A stretch of 64,000 bases of DNA from Nitrospinaceae bacterium (GTDB taxonomy: Bacteria > Nitrospinota > Nitrospinia > Nitrospinales > Nitrospinaceae), in the NCBI GenBank assembly GCA_965237905.1, contig OZ250172.1:992001-1056000 (forward strand), written 5' to 3'. A program made the position numbers and the translations under genes. The notes beneath the pieces were generated by a model. It did not search any database. It saw nothing but the letters and a program-made list of their open reading frames with translations, and was not told where the DNA came from. Below are positions 10,639 through 19,869 of this stretch, piece by piece; positions within the stretch are counted from its first letter, which is position 1, and each line of letters begins with the position of its first letter.

Positions 10639-10809
10639 TACCCTCATTAGGCTATAAAAATGCATCGAAAATAAGTTTCGGAATAACTGATTGTTTAATT
10701 GACTACTAATTTTAAAGAGTTACACCCGATTAGACTCTAAAAATATAAATATATTTTTACTTTTTTTGGGCTAGGTGGAGATCAGTGAAAATATACCCAT
10801 TTCTGGCTA
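10639..10809. promoter_or_regulatory. Three 16-bp TAC-N8-GGCTA boxes upstream of the giant gene
   Basis: TACCCTCATTAGGCTA 10639-10654, TACTTTTTTTGGGCTA 10758-10773, TACCCATTTCTGGCTA 10794-10809. Confidence 0.4.
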
Positions 10810-10885
10810 ACCAAACTTTGTATTTCAAAAATTACATACTTTGACTTAGGCGGAGCATCAATGAACTAACCAAAAGAAACTAACC

Positions 10886-10912
10886 AAAAAAAATCCCCGC
10901 CGAAGCGGGGAT
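10886..10912 (-). terminator. Intrinsic terminator after the DUF3467-type gene
   Basis: Minus strand: ATCCCCGC-TTCG-GCGGGGAT followed by a T run. Confidence 0.8.
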
Positions 10913-10965
10913 GACAAAAAACCAATGTCCATCTTTTTTAAAAAAGATGGTTTCGACGGTTCAAT

Positions 10966-11325
10966 TTATTTGGTGTCGCCTTCCAGCTTCAAGGCTCCAA
11001 AACGGTTTTCATATTCCTTGATAATTCGGGATAACAACACCAGCAAACGTTTCGCTGCATAAGGATTCAATACCATGCGATCCGACAGCTGGATGGACAA
11101 TTGTTTATCTTCCGAAATATTCCACGACTGGTTGGTGCCAAAGAAAATGGAAACCTCTTCCCGGGTGCTCGACGCATTCACCACGTTAGCGTAAGTGGTC
11201 TGCATCTTCGAATCATCCCAGTTGAGTGTCAGGGACTTCAGAAGATCATTGGTTGCGTTATCTGCTTTTGTGGATTGCGTTTCAGTTTTTTGTGCTTCTG
11301 CGACTGGAGTCTTTTGCTCTGCCAT
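10966..11325 (-). CDS. DUF3467-like small protein
   Basis: WDDSKMQTTYANVVNASSTREEVSIFFG...LSDRMVLNPYAAKRL pattern; GGAGG RBS upstream. Confidence 0.75.
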   Translation of the reverse strand: MAEQKTPVAEAQKTETQSTKADNATNDLLKSLTLNWDDSKMQTTYANVVNASSTREEVSIFFGTNQSWNISEDKQLSIQLSDRMVLNPYAAKRLLVLLSRIIKEYENRFGALKLEGDTK

Positions 11326-11695
11326 TGGATACCCTCCTAAACTGCAAATTAATAATCACTCGATTACCCCAATACAAGCTCAATGCGGGTTTGTAGGAAT
11401 AGTCAGAATTTTTCAATTTCAATCCTGAAGACCTTGTTTTCAAAAACCCCGGATTACAGCCCAAGATGAATCGGCCGGGAAAGTATCCCAAAACCGTTGG
11501 CTTTAATTCACCGGACTACTCTCTCAATAATATTGGATTAATTTAAGGATCAAGCTAGCAAATAACCGTCCATAGTGTCAATTAATTTAGCCAAAAATAA
11601 ATTTTTTAAAAAATTACCCTAATTAAGGAGGTTAGTTGGAATATTCATCAGGGTGATGGCTGTTGAGAATCCTCACTTCCCCGTACCGCTTCATT

Positions 11696-12535
11696 TTATA
11701 CCTGGGTTTCATTCCCTGATTTCTCGCCGACTTCATAGTAAACGCTAAGAAAGTCCTTGCCTTCCCTGTTAATACCGCCGGCCAGGTGCCCGAATATTTC
11801 AGTGTTTACCCGGGAATAAAGACGACTGAATTCCTGAATAGGACTCGAGTAGTGCCGGCCCAGTTCAGACAACATCGGAGAAAGATCGCGTATTCTGAGG
11901 TTCGCGCTGTAGAAGTTAATATCGAACGATTTTCTCGGGCTATTTTCTTCGCCGGCCTCAAGATACCGAAATGAGGTGGGATCGGCTCGGCTGGCGGCAA
12001 GATGAATGATTTTCCTGGCTATCTCAATAGATGTCTTGTCCTCATGAGAATGATAGAGATCAGACAATCTTTCCAGAATGCGCTCGGCAGTAAGCTGAGG
12101 ATAATAGTCATATTTAGTAATCGCTGCCTTTGTATTGTCCAGGGCGTCCCACTTGAGTCCCAAACCTAGAATCCCTGGAACAGTTTTATCCGTCCTTTGG
12201 CGCATATCTTCGAGAAACTTGTCCCAGAACTCAAAGTAAATTTTGAAGATACAGTTTTCACGATTTTCTTCGAAGCCCAACATGATAAGATTTGCTTCGG
12301 CCAGATTATCCTGAAATTCGCGCAGAAAATTCCCCGGCATGTTCATTTCTCTGCAGATGACCTCAAGCTTTTCCTGGTCCAAGTCGGCTGTGCTGATACC
12401 CAGAATGTAACGGTTAGGTAATAATTGTTGATCCAACAGCTTAAAGGATTTTTCATAGCCGCATTTCAGATTGAATTTTTCAACCAGCTTAAAGGGCACA
12501 ATGTATTTGTCGAAAACCGTTTTCTCGTCAATCAT
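11696..12535 (-). CDS. Hypothetical protein (279 aa)
   Basis: Long ORF with protein-like composition; no motif recognised. Confidence 0.7.
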   Translation of the reverse strand: MIDEKTVFDKYIVPFKLVEKFNLKCGYEKSFKLLDQQLLPNRYILGISTADLDQEKLEVICREMNMPGNFLREFQDNLAEANLIMLGFEENRENCIFKIYFEFWDKFLEDMRQRTDKTVPGILGLGLKWDALDNTKAAITKYDYYPQLTAERILERLSDLYHSHEDKTSIEIARKIIHLAASRADPTSFRYLEAGEENSPRKSFDINFYSANLRIRDLSPMLSELGRHYSSPIQEFSRLYSRVNTEIFGHLAGGINREGKDFLSVYYEVGEKSGNETQV

Positions 12536-12737
12536 GGGTAGCTAGACCGATCGTGATGCTCCGGGAAGTTTTGTTCGAAACCTGCGAAGCCATAGTTATA
12601 CCACTTATTTTAAGTTCGGGATTCTACTTTCCTGGCAAAATAACCCAACGATTTCAACATCCCAAGCAATCCGTTTGAGCCAGGAAACAAAACCTGTTGT
12701 ATTTATTGATGAACCGTAAACGATAGGAGAAAACGTA

Positions 12738-13616
12738 ATGGATATCCTTTTTGATCAAATTAAATTCGCATGGAATCTACTCAGCACCCCGTTGTTTGAA
12801 TTGGGCAACAGCCAGATCTCTCTGGCTTCTCTTTTTGTTGTTTTATTGATTCTCAGTGGTTTTTTTATAATTTCAAGAATCATTGAACGAGGAGTGCAAA
12901 ATGCACTTAAAAATAAGGCCATCGACCCGGGAATCAAAGGATCGATTGGACGATTTTTAAGGTATTTGACGGTAACTGTAGGCGCATTCATTGCCCTGGA
13001 CACCATTGGAATAAGCCTTGCCTCCATAGCTGCTTTGGGTGCAATCCTGATGGTGGGCGTCGGTTTTGGATTGCAGAATCTAGCGCAAAACTTCATCTCG
13101 GGAATAATCATCCTTCTTGAACGGCCGATCAAACAAGGCGACATTGTTTTTGTGGGCGGGGTCTCAGGAAGAGTTCGCGATATTCGGGTTCGGTCAACGG
13201 TCATCGAAACAAGAGATGACGTGGCTATCATCATTCCCAACTCCCAATTCATCGCCGAGCAGGTCATAAACGATAGCTTTTCGGGGCACAATATTCGGAG
13301 AACTCTTAAAGTGGGTGTGGCTTACGGCTCCGATATTGAAAAGACAACGGGAATATTAATGAAAATTGCCAATGAACATGAACAGATTCTTAAAACCCCC
13401 GGCGCCAAGGTCTTGTTTATGGATTTCGGAAGTTCCTCGCTGGATTTTGAGTTGCGGTTTTGGGTAGCAGAACTTTGGACAACAGACATTATTCTTTCCG
13501 ATTTAAGATATGCCATCGATCGCGAGTTCAGAAATGAGGATATAAACATTCCCTTCCCGCAACGGGATCTTCATATCAAGACCTGCGAACCCCAATTCAG
13601 CCTCGCCCAGGAGTAG
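12738..13616 (+). CDS. Small-conductance mechanosensitive channel (MscS family)
   Basis: GVGFGLQNLAQNFISGIIILLERPIKQGD, IPNS, VGVAYGSD, IPFPQRDLH. Confidence 0.92.
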   Translation: MDILFDQIKFAWNLLSTPLFELGNSQISLASLFVVLLILSGFFIISRIIERGVQNALKNKAIDPGIKGSIGRFLRYLTVTVGAFIALDTIGISLASIAALGAILMVGVGFGLQNLAQNFISGIIILLERPIKQGDIVFVGGVSGRVRDIRVRSTVIETRDDVAIIIPNSQFIAEQVINDSFSGHNIRRTLKVGVAYGSDIEKTTGILMKIANEHEQILKTPGAKVLFMDFGSSSLDFELRFWVAELWTTDIILSDLRYAIDREFRNEDINIPFPQRDLHIKTCEPQFSLAQE

Positions 13617-13678
13617 CCAGACTCATGATCAAAAGTTAACGGAGGAGGAAACAACAGAAGAAACTTTCATGTCCAATT

Positions 13679-16600
13679 TTATACTTCACTGCCTTTAGGC
13701 GCGACGATTTTAGATTTGCTTCTCCAAGTTTCACTCTTACTGAAACAGGACCAGCCCCATCGCAGCCATTTCAACAAAGCAAAAGCCATCCAAAGAGCCC
13801 ATAGCAATATAGCCACCCGGTAGAACACAAGCGACACGGAAATAAACCCCGCGGTCGGCAAGGGCCCCGCTATCCGGTCCTGATTCCAATTCAGAAGATT
13901 TGCGGTCGACCCGTTGCCCACAATGTGCATGTCGGGGGACCCCAATAATCCTGCAGGAATGATAGAGAACAGACTGATGACGGCGGCAAGAGTGAGAGCG
14001 GTTAAAACGGTCTGGATCAAATTAAACTGCCATCGTCCGTAGCTTTTAGTATCCAATTTTTCTCTATTATTCAGGGCCAACAGCCACAAGACGACGATCA
14101 AGAAACCGACGACGGTGATCGTGCTCATCGCAAGCCCCAGGAGCACCCAATGAGAGGTTTTCAGCGGCGTCAGAGAAGTACGGCCCAAGGCGACCGCCAA
14201 GAGGAGGACGACAATCAATTCCCCCCAGAATAAAACCCCGGGCCCCAGGCTTGGACCGTGGACAAACCATATCCACCGGTCGCGGGGAACCTTGATTTTT
14301 AAATCAATATTTGAGGCTTCATGTCCCAAATCAATGTCCGGGGTCTGGAATCGAAAGGCCATGCCCACCGGGGTTTTAAATTTCAGTTGATATTCCTGAC
14401 TGCCGGGATGGATGGGTAGAGAAACCTGGTTTCCTTCCATACGGATAGGTTGTGTTTTTCCATTCAATAATACCGTCTCCAACTCCGTATCGTTTGGAAG
14501 AACAAGACGGTGCTGTCCACCCTGGCTGCTGCGCAATTTAAGTCTAAGTTCGGATTGGGTGACTCTGGCTCCCGGGGTTTGAGTCAATTCAACCCCATCG
14601 AAAGCCAAAGTACTTCCAGGCACCGCTTCAGGACGGGTGAAGTTTAATGTCAACGTTTCTCCCGGCCACGGGCGAAACTGCGGTTTCAATCGGTCTTGAT
14701 TCTGCTGAATGATGGATGGAAGGCCTGCAAAATCGACATGAAAAATTGGACTGGCGTCCACGATCCAGTGCTCTACCCAATGATTGCTGTTGGGCGCCTG
14801 CAAAGTCAACAGATCGGTTGGGTCCAAAGAAGAAACCCACCGAATTTCTTTTTGCCCCGATCCCAATGACAAAATCACATTACTGCCATTGAATTTAACT
14901 CGCTCGGAAAGAACCGATTCTCCCGGGATCAATGGGATCTCCAAATTAATGGGACCAGAATAAGGTGCGATTCGGGTCACTCGGGTTTGAACGCGCCAAT
15001 CCAGCCCCAACGCCAACGTTCGCTCAACTAAAGCGAAGGCGGGTGGAGCATCGGAACGCAAATCCTCTTTTTGGGTTTTACTGCGAACCCGGGTCAATTG
15101 CAGGCTATCGCTGAGAAGCTGTTTTTCTCTCAAGCCTCCGGCTTCCCATCCCTGCAATCGGGTCGTCACATGGCGGGGTTTTCCTGGAAAAAAGATTTGC
15201 ACTTGATCCTTTTCAGGCAACGGACCGGACAAAATAATTTGATGAATCCCAGGCCGCAAATGCACCCAGATGCCTGATTTTTCCGTTTTCCGCAACAATT
15301 CTTTTGCCGGCTTGCCATCGATCAGGACGCGAGTGGGCAACCACTGCTCCCTTGTCCCAGGCAAAGGAACCGCTAAGTTTTCTTCACTGTGAATTTCCAG
15401 CCGGAGGGTCAATACAGCCTTTTGGACACTGACAGCCACCCGCTGAACATCGAAACAGTCATTGCCGCATTCGGGCGGAGCCAGGAGCCGTTGCTCCAAT
15501 TGGTTTAACATCTCCGGGCTGGGGAAATCCGCCAAGGCGTCCTGGGTCGGCGCCATCCCACTTATGAGAAGAAACCAAAAAATCACCGGGGAGGCACGCG
15601 TCAGGGTCGGCAAAGAAAATCCCTTTCCAGGACGGAAACTAAAATTCAATATTCCAAACGTCAGAAAAAGGAGCAGAGCAATTCTGAGAAATCCGAGAAA
15701 GGAATTGAGCGTTGGCGGAATCAGGATGAGGCTGACTGTTTCATCCTGGCTGACCGGACCTCCCCAAGTGAGGTTGACCCGATTCCATCTCCATACCGGC
15801 AACCCCGGACCCGTTTGTACTTTTGCATCAGGATCAAAACGCCTGAACTTTTGCCGCTTTCCAGAACTATATTGGTCGAAATATGAGCCAGAAAAAGAAT
15901 CAAGGCCTGGCTCCGCCGGTGATTCGAATTGCAACGCGCCTTCCATTTCCATTTTTCTCATGGCCTTTGGTGGAGCGGCCCTCGATTTATACTGAACCAT
16001 CGGGTTGGAAAATGTTTGCCGGTGTTCGTGTTCTAGCTGAGGATGTATACTCTGCCGGGCTTGGTCGATCATAAAGGGAATGGAGATGATCAACAGCGCC
16101 GCAATACTAAAATTTCGATACCAGGAAACAACCGATCGGAATTTACCGTCTGGGATAACTTTCAGCAACGCCAGGCTGGCAAGGATGCTCAGCCAGACGT
16201 ATACCGGTGCATTGACCTCGTGATAAATGATCCCGATGGTGAAGAAAGCGAGAAGCCCCCACACGTTTCCCATTAAGTTTCTGACGGCCGCCATAATCAT
16301 CAGCAGAATAAAAAAGTCAAACAAAGACCATTGGCTGATCCAGGAAGAATAAGCGCGGTCCATTCCTGTCCCCGCCAAGAGATCATATCCCGGCGGCAGG
16401 TGAACGGTGGTTTTTAGAGAATGGAACCCGTGGTTCCAGCCAACAGAGTTGAACTTATGATCTTGACGCTCGATCCGGCTCACAGCGGCGATGTTTACTT
16501 TACCTTGACGGATTTCCACTCCAGGTGTTTTCCCGTCCCGGCCGTAAGTGATGAGCTGATCTTTATTGTTTATGGTCACCCGTCCCAACAACGTTTCCGG

Positions 16601-17815
16601 ATTGGCATCCAGTCGCCAGCCTTCATTCATCGTTCCGGTGATATGATCTTTTACGGTATAACCCTTGCCATCGAAATCCAGCCATATCTCACGCTGGATA
16701 TTTAAAACGTCTGCGGCGGGTTCGGAGTTTCCTCTTCGTTTTTCGCTTAAGGCGAGGGTGTCCCCCGGCCGAATCCGATACGCAGGCAATGTCCTCCATT
16801 CCTCAGGAACATCACTTTGCGTGGGGTCGACAGCCGGGACACCCGACGATTCGGTGAGTCTCAAATTCGTGTTTGCTTGAAAGCTCCATACCTCCTCAGC
16901 GGCCCAGGGACCTCCATCCGGATTCCATTTGATTTCTGACAATGGCCCCGCGTGCCGGCTCAACAAATTGATCACCCAATGTCCGGGTTTCACCTGCAGC
17001 CTCAACCGACCGTCGGCTTCGAGTCGCCCTGGGATGGGACTGCTCAAATTCATCGGAATGGTACCCTCCAGCAAAACCCGCCCCAGCAAGGTTTCGCGAC
17101 CAGGTCCCGATACATCCAGGAGAATTCGTGTTTCAATGGTCGCCGGAATTTCGTCACGGATCTTCCTGTACACTTTAATCTGAAGACTTTCTTTGGCAGG
17201 CTGATCTCCTTCAACCTGTTTCAACCCCAGCCCGATTTTGTTTTTATTAAATCGAGGAAAGAGGATGGATCTCCCATTTAAGGAAAGACGGACCAATCCT
17301 GTGCCCGATGGAGTCGTCAGCCATTTCGGCAGGGCGTTCCATTGAAATTTTCCCTTGACCGAGTATTTTCCCTTTTTCAAAAACAGTGCGGGCAATCCTC
17401 TCTGGGATAAAACGGGATGCAAACGATTATTCACTGTTACCCCGAGCGGCCAATATTGGGAATCACCTGGCAACGGAACGAACCCGTCATCATAAAGAGT
17501 CCAGTGTTGCTCAAACTTGGCCCCTCTTGTCGTCACATCCAGCTCAAGAGGAGAAGACCAGGCACAAATTCTACTGGGGGAAAGGTTTTTCTGGCCGGGA
17601 ATTGAGGCACGCATCTCACCTGCCAGGAAAGGACAGTCAGGATCCGGTTTCCCTTCAAGAACCCAATTTTTCCAAGGTTCCAATGGTTTCGGAACATAGG
17701 CGGGGTCGGAGGAATAAGCGGCTCCCGGAATAATTTGAAGCAGTCCCAATAGAACTAACAATAAAATATTTTTTAGAACGATTGGTCGATTATAAATGGT
17801 CATAGCTTTTTCCAA
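13679..17815 (-). CDS. Large hypothetical membrane protein with internal duplication
   Basis: 1378 aa; signal-peptide-like N-terminus; two beta-rich soluble regions each followed by a TM cluster. Confidence 0.8.
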   Translation of the reverse strand: MEKAMTIYNRPIVLKNILLLVLLGLLQIIPGAAYSSDPAYVPKPLEPWKNWVLEGKPDPDCPFLAGEMRASIPGQKNLSPSRICAWSSPLELDVTTRGAKFEQHWTLYDDGFVPLPGDSQYWPLGVTVNNRLHPVLSQRGLPALFLKKGKYSVKGKFQWNALPKWLTTPSGTGLVRLSLNGRSILFPRFNKNKIGLGLKQVEGDQPAKESLQIKVYRKIRDEIPATIETRILLDVSGPGRETLLGRVLLEGTIPMNLSSPIPGRLEADGRLRLQVKPGHWVINLLSRHAGPLSEIKWNPDGGPWAAEEVWSFQANTNLRLTESSGVPAVDPTQSDVPEEWRTLPAYRIRPGDTLALSEKRRGNSEPAADVLNIQREIWLDFDGKGYTVKDHITGTMNEGWRLDANPETLLGRVTINNKDQLITYGRDGKTPGVEIRQGKVNIAAVSRIERQDHKFNSVGWNHGFHSLKTTVHLPPGYDLLAGTGMDRAYSSWISQWSLFDFFILLMIMAAVRNLMGNVWGLLAFFTIGIIYHEVNAPVYVWLSILASLALLKVIPDGKFRSVVSWYRNFSIAALLIISIPFMIDQARQSIHPQLEHEHRQTFSNPMVQYKSRAAPPKAMRKMEMEGALQFESPAEPGLDSFSGSYFDQYSSGKRQKFRRFDPDAKVQTGPGLPVWRWNRVNLTWGGPVSQDETVSLILIPPTLNSFLGFLRIALLLFLTFGILNFSFRPGKGFSLPTLTRASPVIFWFLLISGMAPTQDALADFPSPEMLNQLEQRLLAPPECGNDCFDVQRVAVSVQKAVLTLRLEIHSEENLAVPLPGTREQWLPTRVLIDGKPAKELLRKTEKSGIWVHLRPGIHQIILSGPLPEKDQVQIFFPGKPRHVTTRLQGWEAGGLREKQLLSDSLQLTRVRSKTQKEDLRSDAPPAFALVERTLALGLDWRVQTRVTRIAPYSGPINLEIPLIPGESVLSERVKFNGSNVILSLGSGQKEIRWVSSLDPTDLLTLQAPNSNHWVEHWIVDASPIFHVDFAGLPSIIQQNQDRLKPQFRPWPGETLTLNFTRPEAVPGSTLAFDGVELTQTPGARVTQSELRLKLRSSQGGQHRLVLPNDTELETVLLNGKTQPIRMEGNQVSLPIHPGSQEYQLKFKTPVGMAFRFQTPDIDLGHEASNIDLKIKVPRDRWIWFVHGPSLGPGVLFWGELIVVLLLAVALGRTSLTPLKTSHWVLLGLAMSTITVVGFLIVVLWLLALNNREKLDTKSYGRWQFNLIQTVLTALTLAAVISLFSIIPAGLLGSPDMHIVGNGSTANLLNWNQDRIAGPLPTAGFISVSLVFYRVAILLWALWMAFALLKWLRWGWSCFSKSETWRSKSKIVAPKGSEV

Positions 17816-17924
17816 TCCCTGATGAACCGCGAATCAAAGGCGTTTATAGGATAGGGCTATAGTGGGGCAAAATCACATAAAAATAAAAATGGCCCACACC
17901 ATAAAAGCGTAAGCCATTGTATAA

Positions 17925-17972
17925 ATTGGTGGGCCGTCACGGGATCGAACCGTGGACCTACTGATTAAGAGT
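17925..17972 (-). repeat. att site: displaced 3' portion of tRNA-Lys
   Basis: ATTGGTGGGCCGTCACGGGATCGAACCGTGGACCTACTGATTAAGAGT identical to 33848-33895. Confidence 0.95.
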
Positions 17973-18006
17973 TAGCGGTTATTCATTTTTAAGCACTTTG
18001 AATCCT

Positions 18007-18121
18007 GCCTATTATTTTTTAAAAATCCTTGAGTTTCATACTATATAAGAGTATTCTATATACAAGGAATCAGAACGCCTTCTAAAGAGTTCTAAATGCC
18101 CTGCCTATTACATGCCTATTA
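18007..18121 (+). promoter_or_regulatory. Putative integrase arm-type sites (GCCTATTA)
   Basis: GCCTATTA at 18007, 18103, 18114; the same 11-bp-period pair recurs at 33786 and 33797. Confidence 0.7.
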
Positions 18122-18142
18122 ATTTTGAAAGTTAGCGATTTC

Positions 18143-19351
18143 ATGGAAAATATCAAAATCACCAAAACTACGGTAGACAAGCTCCCCTACCCCGCCACAG
18201 GGCAGGTTTTTTACAGGGATAAGAACTTACAGGGCTTTGGTCTCTATGCGGGGGCAAAATCTAAAACTTACTATGCAGAGAAACGGGTCAACGGCAGAAC
18301 GGTACGCCAAAAACTGGGAAAGCACGGAGATATTACCGCCGAAACTGCCAGAAATCTCGCAAAAGTCGCCATTGGGGACATGGCTAAGGGTATCAACCCC
18401 AATGAAAGTAAACAGGCCCTGAAGGCCAAGAGCGTTACACTCAAAAAAGCTTATTCAGATTACAAGGCAGAGAAGAAAAACCTCAAACCTAAGACTTTGT
18501 ACGATTATGACCGGATTATGGAGGTGGTGTTCAAGGACTGGCATAGCAAGCACCTCACCCAAATCTCTAAGGAGATGGTAGCCAAAAAATATAAAAAATT
18601 GGGTGAGGAAAATGGTAAGGCTTATGCCAATCTGTCAATGCGTTTGTTAAGAGCCATCTTTAATTTCGCAAAATGGCAATATGATGATGGTAAAGGTGCC
18701 CCCTTTATCAGTGAAAACCCTGTCAATCGTATTTCCCAAGCAGGGGGATGGTATAAAATTAAACGTAGGGAAACGGTGATTCAACCTGAAGAATTATCGG
18801 ATTGGTATCAGGCCGTTTTACAGCTTCCAAACGAAATTTTCAAAACTTATCTGATTTTTCTTCTATTCACAGGCATGAGGCGGGAGGAAGTTGGAAAATT
18901 AAAATGGGACCAAATCAACACCAAAGCCAGAACGGTTACCCTCCACGATACCAAAAATAATCAGACTCTAACCCTACCTCTCTCAGATTTCCTTTGGAAA
19001 CTCTTGTCAGGGCGCAAGAAAGCCGCTATTAATAAATTCGTATTTCCCGGTCCGGGGGCCAATGGCCATATAGTTGACCCGAGATCAGCTATTAAGTTAG
19101 TTTCAGAACAATCCGAAATTAAATTCAGCATTCATGATTTACGCAGAACATACATTTCGATAGCCTCTGGATTAATCACGGCATATGAATTGAAGATGCT
19201 GGTAAACCATAAAATGGATGCAGATATCACAGGTAGTTATATAGTTCCAAACTTAAATCAACTAAGGAAATGTACCAATAAAATAACTAATTATTTACTT
19301 GGTATTGTTGGGGAAACGAAGCCGGGGGAAATTATTCAGTTCCAAAAATAG
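18143..19351 (+). CDS. int: Tyrosine recombinase/integrase with N-terminal arm-binding domain
   Basis: TGMRREE, DTKN, IHDLRRT, VNH, ITGSY catalytic motifs; N-terminal FYRDKNLQGFGLY. Confidence 0.93.
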   Translation: MENIKITKTTVDKLPYPATGQVFYRDKNLQGFGLYAGAKSKTYYAEKRVNGRTVRQKLGKHGDITAETARNLAKVAIGDMAKGINPNESKQALKAKSVTLKKAYSDYKAEKKNLKPKTLYDYDRIMEVVFKDWHSKHLTQISKEMVAKKYKKLGEENGKAYANLSMRLLRAIFNFAKWQYDDGKGAPFISENPVNRISQAGGWYKIKRRETVIQPEELSDWYQAVLQLPNEIFKTYLIFLLFTGMRREEVGKLKWDQINTKARTVTLHDTKNNQTLTLPLSDFLWKLLSGRKKAAINKFVFPGPGANGHIVDPRSAIKLVSEQSEIKFSIHDLRRTYISIASGLITAYELKMLVNHKMDADITGSYIVPNLNQLRKCTNKITNYLLGIVGETKPGEIIQFQK

Positions 19352-19623
19352 TATTTAGAATAATTTCAAAGGTTTTAGAATACCTATAATCACAAAATCT
19401 ATTTTTTTGAATATTTTTATGATATTTTTTACTAGTTGCTTTGAATTTTATAGTCACATCTGATATTATGACTCTCTAGTATTAAATTGAAGTATTAGCA
19501 CACCCAAGGCTCCGCCCACCGGAGCGACTTTAATCGCATGGATGCATTGTGGCTTCTCCAGCCACTCATTGGCCGGACTTCTCTACTTTAGTCCGGTAAA
19601 AACTTTTTCTATGCGAGTAAAAA

Positions 19624-19869
19624 ATGAATACCAATGGTAATACGGATTATTGCAACCCCACAGAAATACCCAAACTTTTGAATCAACAGCAGGTCGCAGA
19701 AATGCTGGGCCTGTCAGTCAAGTGGTGTGAACGCAAACGCTGGAGTGGAGGGGGACCGCCATATCGAAAGATAGGTGGCTCAGTACGCTATGAGCTTTCT
19801 GATGTTTTGGAATATATCAATTCTCACCAAAAACAATGCAATACGAATGATGGAGGTGAGAAATGCTAG
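19624..19869 (+). CDS. AlpA/excisionase-like HTH protein
   Basis: LLNQQQVAEMLGLS...GGGPPYRKIGGSVRY. Confidence 0.85.
   Translation: MNTNGNTDYCNPTEIPKLLNQQQVAEMLGLSVKWCERKRWSGGGPPYRKIGGSVRYELSDVLEYINSHQKQCNTNDGGEKC

Noticed and set aside
17927..17972. Second tRNA-Lys gene
   Set aside because: Only the 3' 46 nt are present; it is the att duplicate
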